Below the pieces are notes generated by a model. It made no database searches. It saw nothing but the letters and a program-made list of their open reading frames with translations, and had not been told where the DNA came from. The position numbers were made by a program, and so were the translations under genes. Of a stretch of DNA of 64,000 bases, positions 42,610 through 52,453 are shown piece by piece; the stretch's first letter is position 1; every line of letters begins with the position of its first letter. This stretch comes from an uncultured delta proteobacterium (GTDB lineage: Bacteria; Desulfobacterota; Binatia; UBA9968): assembly GCA_963728565.1 (NCBI GenBank), contig CAVSLC010000023.1:256001-320000 (forward strand). The letters run 5' to 3'.

Positions 42610-43353
42610 ATGGCAAACAAAATTGCAGTAGTGACCGGCGGCGCGGGCGGAATCGGTCAGGCTGTCGCGGCACGGCTGGCGCAGAGCGGATTCGGCGTCT
42701 GCATCGTCGATCAAAACGACAAAGTCGGGCAGGAGTTTGTCGATCAATTGCGTAAAGACAAGTATGACGCCGAATTCTGTCGAATCGAGCTAAGACGCGC
42801 CGCTGAAATCAAAGAGGTATTCGAAACGATCTACGCAAAGCACCGGCGCATCGACGTGCTGGTGAATCTAGCCGGCGGAACAATCCACAAACATCCGATT
42901 CATGAGTTTCCGCTTTCGGAGTGGCGCGAAGTGATCGATGTCAATCTGAAAGCCACGTTTCTCTGTTGTCAGGCCGTGAGCAAGCGTATGAAAGAAGCCA
43001 AAAGCGGCGCCATTATCAACACATCGTCCAACTTCGGTATAACCGGCAGCGCCGGCAGGACCGCTTACTCGGCGGCCAAAGCTGCCATCATTGCTTTTTC
43101 TAAATCACTGGCCTTGGAAATGGCGCCTTACGGGGTGCGCGTCAATACAATTGCCCCGGGTCTCACCGCAACAGCGCGCGTGCTGGCGGTTCATACCGAT
43201 GCGGAATGGGCGACGATGAGCGCCGGCATGCCGCTGGGCCGAGCCGGACAGCCGCAAGATATCGCTGAAGGTATTCATTTTCTCGCCAGCCAGGATAGCG
43301 CTTTTATGACGGGGCAGTTGCTCCATGTCAATGGCGGCATGGTTTTCAATTGA
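42610..43353 (+). CDS. SDR family oxidoreductase
   Basis: TGGAGGIG, NLAG, YSAAK and VNTIAPG. Confidence 0.95.
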   Translation: MANKIAVVTGGAGGIGQAVAARLAQSGFGVCIVDQNDKVGQEFVDQLRKDKYDAEFCRIELRRAAEIKEVFETIYAKHRRIDVLVNLAGGTIHKHPIHEFPLSEWREVIDVNLKATFLCCQAVSKRMKEAKSGAIINTSSNFGITGSAGRTAYSAAKAAIIAFSKSLALEMAPYGVRVNTIAPGLTATARVLAVHTDAEWATMSAGMPLGRAGQPQDIAEGIHFLASQDSAFMTGQLLHVNGGMVFN

Positions 43354-43402
43354 GATCTGCTTGGTGAATTGCATGGAAGTGGATGCCGGAAGGCGCCGAG
43401 GC

Positions 43403-43495
43403 ACAGGATAAAGGCTGAAGGATAAAGCGAATGCGGGCCCGAAAGCGCTTTCCAAGTTTTGATTCATCTTTCCGCTTTCATCCTTCGTCCTTTTG
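43403..43495. repeat. Intergenic imperfect inverted repeat built of GGATAAA/GGCTGAA heptamers
   Basis: AGGATAAAGGCTGAAGGATAAAG ... TTCATCTTTCCGCTTTCATCCTTCGTCCT. Confidence 0.45.
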
Positions 43496-43567
43496 TACGC
43501 AAGAATTATTTTTAGCAACTTTTTAGCAACTATAGATACGACGATTACTATCCGGAGGTTGTGAAAG

Positions 43568-44653
43568 ATGGCTGAAGCCTACCGACTTTATGCGGGTACT
43601 CAGGCGGGAATGATTTTATTTCGGGGGGTTGCTGATATTTGGACTTCGATGGGCGGTTCGCGGGAGTTTGAGCCGTACTTCAAGGATCGAGTGGTGGATT
43701 CCGTTTACGGATGTAAGAATTCTCCGGAGATTGTCTTTGCCGGCGTCACCTTTGACGGTTTGTACCGCACTCAAGATGCCGGCCGGCATTGGCAGCGCAC
43801 GCTCGAAGGCGATATTCGCTGGGTGACCGTTGACCCTACTGATGATCGCGTCATTTACGCCGGAACCGAACCGGTTCATCTCTATCGCAGCGAAGACGGG
43901 GGCGGTAGCTGGGAGGAGCTTACTTCACTTACCGAAATGCCCGCCGAAGTTCAGTACAAATGGTATTTTCCGCATCCGCCGCACCAGGGTCACGTGCGCC
44001 ATATCTATATCGATCCGGAAGATTCGAACTGTATTTACCTGGCCCTCGAACATGGCGGCATTGTTAGAAGCTTTGACAGGGGCAAGACCTGGGAGGATGT
44101 CAGCGAGGGGCTCGAGTATCCCGATATTCACATGATCGTCAGATCACCGGGCAGCAAAACAAAATATTTTACTGCGACGTCGCGTGGCTTCTTTCGTGCC
44201 GATCCGCCGGAGAAGGGATGGAAGCGCGCCGAAAAAGGTATGGAAAGCGACTACTTTCATGACGTGATCAATCTGCCCGGCAATCGGCCGGCAATGTTTT
44301 TGGCCGCCGGGCATGGCTCGCCGCAGTATTGGGACAGGCCGGGCGGGGTCGACGGCCGCATCTATCGCAGCGAAGATGGCGGCGAGACTTGGCGGCAGGT
44401 GGGCGCAGGATTGCCGGTGAAGCATACCGCGATGTGCTGGCAGCTCGCGTATAATCCGTATGACACCGATTCTATTTTTGCGGCGTTCGGCGATGTCGCT
44501 CGCGGTCATACGGCAGGCCCTCCCGGCGAAGGCGCGATTTACGTCACCTACGATCGCGGTGATACCTGGGAAGAAGTCGGCTTGCAAAAGCGCGGCACGA
44601 AGTACTTGAGACCTCCGGCGATTCGCGTGCTTTGGGCTGCTGCCGACGATTGA
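43568..44653 (+). CDS. BNR/Asp-box repeat beta-propeller protein
   Basis: Repeated SxDGGxxW boxes (RTQDAGRHW, RSEDGGGSW, RSFDRGKTW, RSEDGGETW, TYDRGDTW). Confidence 0.9.
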   Translation: MAEAYRLYAGTQAGMILFRGVADIWTSMGGSREFEPYFKDRVVDSVYGCKNSPEIVFAGVTFDGLYRTQDAGRHWQRTLEGDIRWVTVDPTDDRVIYAGTEPVHLYRSEDGGGSWEELTSLTEMPAEVQYKWYFPHPPHQGHVRHIYIDPEDSNCIYLALEHGGIVRSFDRGKTWEDVSEGLEYPDIHMIVRSPGSKTKYFTATSRGFFRADPPEKGWKRAEKGMESDYFHDVINLPGNRPAMFLAAGHGSPQYWDRPGGVDGRIYRSEDGGETWRQVGAGLPVKHTAMCWQLAYNPYDTDSIFAAFGDVARGHTAGPPGEGAIYVTYDRGDTWEEVGLQKRGTKYLRPPAIRVLWAAADD

Positions 44654-44719
44654 TGGAAGCAGAAACAGCAGAGGCAGATTCGCCTTTCGCGCTGCCGTAG
44701 CTAGCCGGCGAGATAACCC

Positions 44720-45583
44720 ATGCGACGATTTGAAATCCTGGAACCAAAATCGATTGCCGAAGCGTGTAACATTCTTGCGGCGGAAGAAGACGTCAAGCTC
44801 ATTGCCGGCGGCACTGCTCTTCTGATCTTGATCAAGCAGGGGATCTTCGTTCCGAAAACTTTGATCAATTTAAAAAAAATCAAGGACGCCGGAGAAATTA
44901 CCTACAACTCCAAAGACGGTTTGCGTATCGGCGGACTCGCGAGCATTTACGACGTTGAAAGCGCCGCGGTCGTGCGTGAACACTACCCGCTGCTGGCCGA
45001 CGCCTGCCATGTGGTTGCCAATATCCGAATCCGTAACATGGCTACCATCGCCGGTAATCTTGCGCATGCCGACTATCAATCCGACCCTCCGGCGGCGTTG
45101 GTCGCTTTGGATGCCAGCGTCGAGTTGACCAACCGCAGCAGAGTGCGAATCGTCAAGTTAGCCGACTTCTTGATCGGGATGTACGAGACCGGTCTGGAGC
45201 GGGATGAATTACTCACCGGCCTGCTGGTGCCGCCACCGCCGCCCAATTCCAAAGGGACTTACTTAAAGTTTGCCACGCGTTCTTCCGAGGACCGGCCTTG
45301 CGCAGGGGTTGCTGCATGGGTGCAACGCTCGAACGGCATCTGCCAAGCAGCGCGCGTTGTCGTTGGTGCGGTTTCGCCGGTTCCGGCTGTGGTCGACGGT
45401 GCGGATCTTGTGAACGGCACAGCGATGACATCGGCATCGATCGAGGAGGTCGCCTCCAAGGCTCAAGCGGCCGTGAATCCCATCGATGACTTGCGGGGTA
45501 CGGCGGCTTACAAACGTCATCTCGTCAAGGTTCTGGTGCGGCGCGCGTTGACCGCATGTCTGAACGAGGAAGGGATTCGATGA
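44720..45583 (+). CDS. Xanthine dehydrogenase-family FAD-binding (M) subunit
   Basis: IAGGTALL, IRNMATIAGN and DDLRGTAAYKRHL. Confidence 0.93.
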   Translation: MRRFEILEPKSIAEACNILAAEEDVKLIAGGTALLILIKQGIFVPKTLINLKKIKDAGEITYNSKDGLRIGGLASIYDVESAAVVREHYPLLADACHVVANIRIRNMATIAGNLAHADYQSDPPAALVALDASVELTNRSRVRIVKLADFLIGMYETGLERDELLTGLLVPPPPPNSKGTYLKFATRSSEDRPCAGVAAWVQRSNGICQAARVVVGAVSPVPAVVDGADLVNGTAMTSASIEEVASKAQAAVNPIDDLRGTAAYKRHLVKVLVRRALTACLNEEGIR

Positions 45584-47898
45584 GCAGTGTCGGTCTGGAT
45601 GTTTCTCGCGCCGATGGTCCCGCAAAGATCAGAGGCGCGGCGCAGTATGCGGCGGACGTCGATCTGCCGGGGATGGTGTACATCAAGGCGCTGCGCAGCG
45701 CCTATCCACATGCGAAAATTCTGCGCGTTGACGCGGGCAAGGCGGAAAAGCTGCCCGGCGTTGTGGCGGTGTTGACCCGCGACGATTTAAAAGGAAAGAA
45801 CGCGTTTTTTGGGCCTGTTGTGAAAGATCAACCGGTGTTGGCTATCGATCGGGTGCGATATGTCGGCGAGGTAATTGCGGCGGTGGCGGCGGAAGCGCGG
45901 GATATCGCGGAGGAGGCGCTCGATTTGATCGAGGTCGACTATGAGCCTTTGCCGGCTGTGTATGATCTGCTCGAGGCGATGAAGCCGGAAGCGCCCGTGC
46001 TCCATGCAGATCGAATCAAAGCGCAATCGTTCCCGGCCAAGAGCGGCTTCCGTCTTCAGGACCAAGGCAATGTGCTTAGCCGATATCATGTCGATGATGG
46101 CGACGTTGCTGTCGGCTTTAGCGAGTCGGACGAAATTTTTGAGGATGTGTATACATCGCCGAAAATACAGCACGCGCACATCGAGCCTCATGCGACGGTG
46201 GCTTACTGGGAGCCGTCCGGAAAACTGGTCTTGTACACCTCGACGCAAACGCCGTCATCGATACGAACCCAGCTGGCCGAACTTCTGGGTCTGCCGCAGT
46301 CGAGGGTGCGAGTCATCGTGCCGTTCGTCGGCGGCGGATATGGCGCCAAGACGCATCCGCGCTTGGAACCATTGGCCGCGTTGGTCGCGCGCAAGGCGCA
46401 TCGGCCGGTCCAGTGGGTGTTGACGCGGGAGGAAGTATTTCTTACCGCCCATTGCCAGGCAGCCGTGGTGAAAATCAAAACCGGCGTCAAGAGGGACGGA
46501 ACGATGGTCGCGCGACAGGTCGAAGCGGTCTACGACATCGGCGCATACGCATTGACCTCAACCAACACCGGACGCAACGGCGGCGAAGTATCCGGCGGAC
46601 CTTATCGGATCAAGCACCAGGATTTGACGACTTACTGTGTCTACACCAATACACCGCCGACCGGCCCTTATCGTGGGTTTGGCGTGCCGCAGGTGTGCTG
46701 GGCGTACGAGTCGCAGATGGATGATATCGCCCGTCGATTGGGCATCGATCCGCTGGAGCTGCGGCTAAAAAATCTGGTGCGCGAAGGTGATCCGTTTGTA
46801 ACGGGGCACAATCTGGTCTCCGTCGGAATTTCGGAGTGCGCTCGGCGCGCCGCCGAAGCCATCGGATGGCAGCGGGGCGCCGAGCAAGCTCCCCGCGCGC
46901 TCTCGGGTAAAGTACGTGGCAAGGGCATGGCGGTGATGATCAAGACCACGATGACGCCGTCGAATTCTTCAGCGCTCGTGCGGCTCAACGCCGATGGTTC
47001 GGCGGTGTTGCTGACCAGCAGTGTCGAGATCGGTCAGGGGACACTGACGTCGCTCGCGCAGATCGTCGCCGAGGAACTAGGGCTGTCCGTCGACCGTGTG
47101 AGCGTAACCTTCCCCGATACCGATGTGACGCCGTTCGATCAGTCCACCAGTTCGAGCCGGACGGTGTTTAGCATGGGCGGGGCGGCGCGGCAGGCGGCGC
47201 ATCAAATTCGCCAGCAGCTCCTGGAAATCGGCGCCCGGCTTCTGGAGGCGAACGTCGAGGATCTCCAATTGATCAATGGTTTTCTGGAGGTCAAAGGAGT
47301 GCCGGATAAGCGGCGCAGCATTCCGCAATTATTTCAGGCGCGCTATGGAGCAGCCGTCGGAAATATGGTCGGCAGTTTCGACAATCAGACATCAGGCGGG
47401 TTGGATCCGACAACCGGAAAAGGAAAAGGTTCGGTCTTCTATTTCCTGTCGGCTTGCGCCGCGGAAGTCGAAGTGGACACCGACACGGGAAAAATAACCG
47501 TGCAACAAGTCATATCCGCAGTAGATGCGGGCAAAGCCATCAATCCTCGGCAATGCCACATGCAGAATGAGGGTTCGATGATCATGTCGCTGGGGTCCAG
47601 TTTGTTTGAAGAGATGGTGTTCGATAACGGCCAGCCGATCAACGCGACGTTCCTAGAATACATGCCGCCGTCGATGGAAGATCATCCCAAGAAGTTTCAG
47701 TCGCTATTGGTCGAAACACCGCATCCCGAAGGACCTTACGGTGCCAAAGGCGTCGGCGAAGCGGGCCTCGGTCCGATCGAGCCGGCCATCGGCAACGCGC
47801 TGGCTAATGCTTTGAACGGAATACGGGTCAAGGATTTACCGCTACGGCCGGATCGAGTTTTGGCGGCGGTTCAGTCTGCGAAAGAGCATGGCGCATGA
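45580..47898 (+). CDS. Xanthine dehydrogenase-family molybdopterin-binding (L) subunit
   Basis: VGGGYGAK, PYRGFG, EIGQG, QNEGS and GAKGVGE. Confidence 0.95.
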   Translation: MSSVGLDVSRADGPAKIRGAAQYAADVDLPGMVYIKALRSAYPHAKILRVDAGKAEKLPGVVAVLTRDDLKGKNAFFGPVVKDQPVLAIDRVRYVGEVIAAVAAEARDIAEEALDLIEVDYEPLPAVYDLLEAMKPEAPVLHADRIKAQSFPAKSGFRLQDQGNVLSRYHVDDGDVAVGFSESDEIFEDVYTSPKIQHAHIEPHATVAYWEPSGKLVLYTSTQTPSSIRTQLAELLGLPQSRVRVIVPFVGGGYGAKTHPRLEPLAALVARKAHRPVQWVLTREEVFLTAHCQAAVVKIKTGVKRDGTMVARQVEAVYDIGAYALTSTNTGRNGGEVSGGPYRIKHQDLTTYCVYTNTPPTGPYRGFGVPQVCWAYESQMDDIARRLGIDPLELRLKNLVREGDPFVTGHNLVSVGISECARRAAEAIGWQRGAEQAPRALSGKVRGKGMAVMIKTTMTPSNSSALVRLNADGSAVLLTSSVEIGQGTLTSLAQIVAEELGLSVDRVSVTFPDTDVTPFDQSTSSSRTVFSMGGAARQAAHQIRQQLLEIGARLLEANVEDLQLINGFLEVKGVPDKRRSIPQLFQARYGAAVGNMVGSFDNQTSGGLDPTTGKGKGSVFYFLSACAAEVEVDTDTGKITVQQVISAVDAGKAINPRQCHMQNEGSMIMSLGSSLFEEMVFDNGQPINATFLEYMPPSMEDHPKKFQSLLVETPHPEGPYGAKGVGEAGLGPIEPAIGNALANALNGIRVKDLPLRPDRVLAAVQSAKEHGA

Positions 47899-48371
47899 AG
47901 ATCGAAATTCGCACGACGGTTAACGGCCGCGAAATGGAAGCCGTGGTGAAGCCGAACCAGACCGTGCTGGACTGGTTGCGCGATGATTTGCGCCTGCGCG
48001 GCAGCGTCGAAGGATGCGGCGTCGGCGTCTGTGGATCCTGCACCGTGCTGGTCGACGGCCGGCCCGTTAGTTCTTGTTTGATGCTGGCCACCAACATCGA
48101 AGGCAAGCAGCTAACGACCATTGAAGGTTTGGCAACAGGAGATGAGCTCGATCCCATCCAGCAGGCGTTTCTCGACAAACAGGCGTTTCAATGCGGCTAC
48201 TGCACGCCGGGAATGATTATGGCCACCAAGGGACTGCTGAATAGCAATCCTCGGCCGACGGAGGAAGAAGCGCGCGATTACCTGTCGGGAAATATCTGCC
48301 GTTGCGGCACGTATTCAGAAGTCCTCGCGGCGGTGAAAAGCTTGTCCGAGGGAAACGGCACCAAGCAATAG
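47895..48371 (+). CDS. Xanthine dehydrogenase-family 2x[2Fe-2S] (S) subunit
   Basis: GCGVGVCGSC, QCGYCTPG and GNICRC. Confidence 0.95.
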   Translation: MKIEIRTTVNGREMEAVVKPNQTVLDWLRDDLRLRGSVEGCGVGVCGSCTVLVDGRPVSSCLMLATNIEGKQLTTIEGLATGDELDPIQQAFLDKQAFQCGYCTPGMIMATKGLLNSNPRPTEEEARDYLSGNICRCGTYSEVLAAVKSLSEGNGTKQ

Positions 48372-48390
48372 AGTCGGAGACAAACATCCA

Positions 48391-49749
48391 ATGATCAATG
48401 ACCTGCGAGAGTTCCTCAATCTCCTGGAAGCAAAGAAAGACCTGGTCCACATCAGTCGGCCGACTTCGCCGCGCTTCGAGATCGCCGCAGGGATCAGAAA
48501 GACATCCGACATCGAGGGGCCGGCATTGCTCTTCGACAATGTCGTCGGCCATTCGATGCCGGTAGTTGGCGGCCTTTACGCGGTTCGACGGCGCGCGATC
48601 TGGGGCCTTGAGACCACACCGGAAAAGATTCACAGCAAGATCATGGAAGGTCTCAAGAACCATATCCCGCCACGTCTGGTGAAAGATGGTCCTTGCAAAG
48701 AGGTGATCTTAACCGGGAAAGATGCGGATTTCAGTCGCCTGCCGATCTGTACCCATAACAGCAAGGATGCCGGTCCATTTATCACAATCGGCCTTGGTTT
48801 TATTCGTCACCCCGACTACGGCAATAACGTGTCGATCAGCCGCATGCAGATTTACGACGGCAAAACCATGGGATGCCGAAGCGTACCGCCGCAGCACCTG
48901 GGCGTTTATTTTCGTGAGTTCGAAGCCAAGGGAAAAGCCATGGAGGTTGCCTTCACCATCGGCAACGATCCGTACGTGACTTTGTGCTCTCAGGTCTCGG
49001 GCTCGATCTTCATGGACGAACTGGAAATCGCCGGAGGATGGCGAGGCGAGCCCGTCGATGTCGTGCAATGCGAGACCATCGACGTCCAGGTGCCCGCCAC
49101 CAGCGAGATCGTGCTCGAGGGAGAATTGACTGCCGGCGAGCGCCGCACTGAAGGACCGTTCGGCGAGTTTCCAGGCTACTATCAGGCGGTGACCGAACAG
49201 CCCGTGTTTAAATTGAAAGCCATCACCCACCGGCGCAATCCGATTTACATTACCGCGCTCACCGGCCCGCCGACCACCGATAACCATGTCATGAGAGAAA
49301 TTGTTCTCGAAGCCGTGTTGTATGACCGGATTCGTCAGATCTGCCCTACGGTGCGCGACGTCTGCGTCACTAAAGGCGGCGTCAATTTGCATGTGGTTGT
49401 TTCGATCAGGCCGACCTTTATCGCCCAAGCCCGCGACGTCATGCTGGCTTGTTTTTCAACCGAGCGTATTCGACCCAAGCTGGTGACGGTGGTCGATGAG
49501 GATATCGACCCGCGCGATCCGGTCATGGTCGAATGGGCAATGGCGACGCGCTTTCAAGCGGATCGCGATCTCATGGTCCTGCCGAGACAGGTCGGCGCGC
49601 CTCTGGATCCATCGACGCCGGCGCCGCGTCTCGGCGCCATCATGGGCATCGACGCGACGCGTCCTTATGGTCAAGAATTTCCGGAGGTAGCGGTAGTTCC
49701 GGGCGCGGAGGATTTTGTCATCCCCGGATGGACCGATTGTCGTCGCTGA
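48391..49749 (+). CDS. UbiD-family prFMN-dependent (de)carboxylase
   Basis: DAGPFIT, NVSISRMQ, EGPFGEFPGYY, VVDEDIDP, LDPS and MGIDAT. Confidence 0.95.
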   Translation: MINDLREFLNLLEAKKDLVHISRPTSPRFEIAAGIRKTSDIEGPALLFDNVVGHSMPVVGGLYAVRRRAIWGLETTPEKIHSKIMEGLKNHIPPRLVKDGPCKEVILTGKDADFSRLPICTHNSKDAGPFITIGLGFIRHPDYGNNVSISRMQIYDGKTMGCRSVPPQHLGVYFREFEAKGKAMEVAFTIGNDPYVTLCSQVSGSIFMDELEIAGGWRGEPVDVVQCETIDVQVPATSEIVLEGELTAGERRTEGPFGEFPGYYQAVTEQPVFKLKAITHRRNPIYITALTGPPTTDNHVMREIVLEAVLYDRIRQICPTVRDVCVTKGGVNLHVVVSIRPTFIAQARDVMLACFSTERIRPKLVTVVDEDIDPRDPVMVEWAMATRFQADRDLMVLPRQVGAPLDPSTPAPRLGAIMGIDATRPYGQEFPEVAVVPGAEDFVIPGWTDCRR

Positions 49750-49938
49750 GGTGCCGAGGAGGATGCCGCCAAGCGTGACAAGTCGTCTCTGGGTGCCAAC
49801 AATTGAGGTGGCGATGCTCTGTTTTCAGCAACGGGTCGGGGTAGGCGCGTGTTTTCATCGTGATCTCATGCGCGAAAACAGACGCGGAAAGTCGGTCAGT
49901 GGCACTGCGGTGGTTAACTGGATACACAGGGCCTCTGA

Positions 49939-50959
49939 ATGCGTTTCTCAACCGGAGGAGAAAGGAAGAAGGGAAATGATTTAATAATCATACTTGTGAG
50001 TTTTCGTATTTTCGGCCGAGATGCGCTCTTCGCGCAAACGCCTTTTCTTCATAGCTATTCCGGAACGAGCAGCGCGCAGCTCGCGATCTGGGCGGCAAAA
50101 GATTTAAACTCTTCTCCAAATACGGACTCGATGTTGACTTTGTGTTTATTGCCGGCGGCGCGCGTGGCATGCAGGCGCTCGTCGGAGGGAGCACCCAGTC
50201 GGCTGACAGCGATGGCGTCGCGCCGATTCATGTGATTCATCGCGGCGGAGACGCGGTCATCGTGGCGGGTCTCAATAACAAGCCTTTGTTCAAGTTTGTA
50301 ACTCAAAAAGAAATAACCGAGCCTGCGCAACTGCGCAAGAAAAGAATCGGCGTGGCCAACTTCGGCGGGTCGACAGAATTTGCCGTGACCACGGCGCTAA
50401 AAGAGTGGAACATTCCGCGAGAAGCCGTGACCCTCGTAGCCGCCGGCGGAAGTGCCGTGCGCCTGGCGGCAATGGAAAAGAAAGGTTTGGATGCGACGGT
50501 TCTTCCTTATGACCAAGCCGCCGCCGGGAGCAAAGCCGGTTTGAGAATTTTAGCGGACATGCCCACTTTGGTGCCAAGTTTTCCCGACAAGGTCATCATC
50601 ATGCGCCGCTCGTTTGTTCAAAAGGAGCGCGACGAGTTAAAAGATTTCTACAAGGATTGAGCGAAGCGATTTACCAGATTTCGGTCAGTCCTGAAAAAAG
50701 CATGTCAATTCTGAGCAAACGGCTCGGCGTCAAAGATCCGAAAGTGATCGAGGAGAATTACAATATATACGGCCGGCTCTTCGCTTTCCCGCCGCGAGTC
50801 GGTCGAAAAGGCATGGATGGTGTTTTGGAGCAGATCCAGCAACAGTCCGGTGGCGCAAAATCCGACTTCGAGTTCGAGCGGTTTGTCGATGAAAGTATCG
50901 TTGATGAACTGGAGCGAGAAGGCTTCTTTAAGAAAATCAGCAGCGACAGGTCCAGATGA
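49939..50959 (+). pseudogene. NitT/TauT-family solute-binding protein with several frameshifts
   Basis: Pieces in different frames: AIWAAKD / FIAGGARGMQAL...RIGVANFGGST / EAIYQ...ERFVDESIVDELEREGF. Confidence 0.8.
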
Positions 50960-51008
50960 CACAGTGACTTCAGTGACGATCCCAGAAGAAAAATCCAGGT
51001 GTAACGTG

Positions 51009-52430
51009 ATGACAGATGCTTGGGATGAAGAAGCGGATGTGGTGGTGTTGGGCTGCGGTGGAGCAGGGGCCGTTGCTGCAATTTCGGCATATGACAGTGG
51101 AGCAAAGGTCATCGTGGTGGAGAAGGGCGAATTCGGCGGCAACACCCGCCTGGCTACGATGGCGTTCCTTTGCCCAACCAATAATTCATTAGCTAGAGAA
51201 CACATCAAGGCTCTCTCTTTTGGAAGGCTAGACGATGCCATTATAGATGCCTATGTCGAATGGACGTCGAAGAATGTTGAGTACGTCGAACAGCTAGGCG
51301 GGGAAGTGGAGACCTGTTTCCCAGGGGCATCGTTCTCCATCTTGCCGGGTTCTGAGACCATGCTGCGGTATCGAGTCGGGGCCAGGGCAGCAGGTGAATT
51401 AGGTGGAGAGTCTCTGTGGAACCTGCTTTCGGAAAATTTGCAACAACGTAGGATACCTGTTCACCCACACACGACTGCGACTAAGATTATCCGTTTGGAC
51501 GATGAAGTTATCGGGGTAGCAACTCAGAAAGAAGAGCAACGTTTTAACATCCGTGCTCGTAAAGCAGTTGTGCTCGCCACAGGAGGGTTCGAGTACAATG
51601 AGGAGCTCAAACGAGAATTTCTGCCGGCTTATCCGATTTTCGCGTATGGCAATGCCGGAAATACCGGCGACGGCATTAGACTGGCGCAGGAGCTTGGTGC
51701 CGATCTGTGGCATATGAATGCCGTCGCAGCTCCAATGGGGTACAAATTTCCGGAGTTTCAATCCGCATTCATCATGCGCATGCCGGCACATGGATACATT
51801 ATCGTCGATCACAACGGCAACCGATTCTGCAACGAAACAGGGCTCGAGCATTATAGCATGTGGATGTCGGTCACATCGTTCGATACCGAATCTCTTTGTT
51901 TCCCGCGCATACCATCCTACTTGATATTTGACGAGCAGACTCGGTTAACGGGACCAATCACCCGGGTAGGGCACGGCGTTAACAGAGCCTATCGATGGAG
52001 TGCGGATAATTCTGAAGAAGTACGGCGGGGATGGATTCAAAGCGACAACAGTTCTTCGCAGCTTGCGAGCAAGCTCGGTATCAAACCGAGTGAGAAACTG
52101 ACAGAGACTTTAGATTTTTATCAAAAAGCCTGCACAATCGGCAGTGACACGAAATTTGGGCGTTCTCAAGAAACCCTCGTCGGGTTTGTCGGCAAGTATT
52201 ACGGCGTCCCGCTGTGGCCGTGTTTATTGAATACTCAGGGTGGTCCCAAACGGAATGCAAGAGGAGAGATAGTTGATGTTTGGGGTAAGCCTATCAAGCG
52301 GCTTTACGGTGTCGGAGAGATGGGCTCCATTTGGGGATTTCTGTACCAGAGCGGCGGAAATTTGGCAGAATGCTTGGGATTAGGACGAATGGTGGGGCTC
52401 AATGCAGCAGCGGAGCTTCCTTTGAACTAA
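51009..52430 (+). CDS. FAD-dependent oxidoreductase (3-ketosteroid dehydrogenase/fumarate reductase flavoprotein family)
   Basis: WDEEADVVVLGCGGAG, VVLATGGF, NTGDGI, GNRFCNE, NTQGGP and LYGVGE. Confidence 0.9.
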   Translation: MTDAWDEEADVVVLGCGGAGAVAAISAYDSGAKVIVVEKGEFGGNTRLATMAFLCPTNNSLAREHIKALSFGRLDDAIIDAYVEWTSKNVEYVEQLGGEVETCFPGASFSILPGSETMLRYRVGARAAGELGGESLWNLLSENLQQRRIPVHPHTTATKIIRLDDEVIGVATQKEEQRFNIRARKAVVLATGGFEYNEELKREFLPAYPIFAYGNAGNTGDGIRLAQELGADLWHMNAVAAPMGYKFPEFQSAFIMRMPAHGYIIVDHNGNRFCNETGLEHYSMWMSVTSFDTESLCFPRIPSYLIFDEQTRLTGPITRVGHGVNRAYRWSADNSEEVRRGWIQSDNSSSQLASKLGIKPSEKLTETLDFYQKACTIGSDTKFGRSQETLVGFVGKYYGVPLWPCLLNTQGGPKRNARGEIVDVWGKPIKRLYGVGEMGSIWGFLYQSGGNLAECLGLGRMVGLNAAAELPLN

Positions 52431-52453
52431 ATGGGAACGACCGGGGAGAGATT

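Noticed and set aside
45580-47898. Aerobic CO dehydrogenase CoxL
   Set aside because: The active-site loop is PYRGFG, not AYxCSFR or AYxGAGR, and there are no cox accessory genes.
49735-49810. UbiD ends ...DCRR-TGA, an apparent CxxU
   Set aside because: The protein is already full length, the tail is variable, and no clear SECIS-like hairpin was seen.
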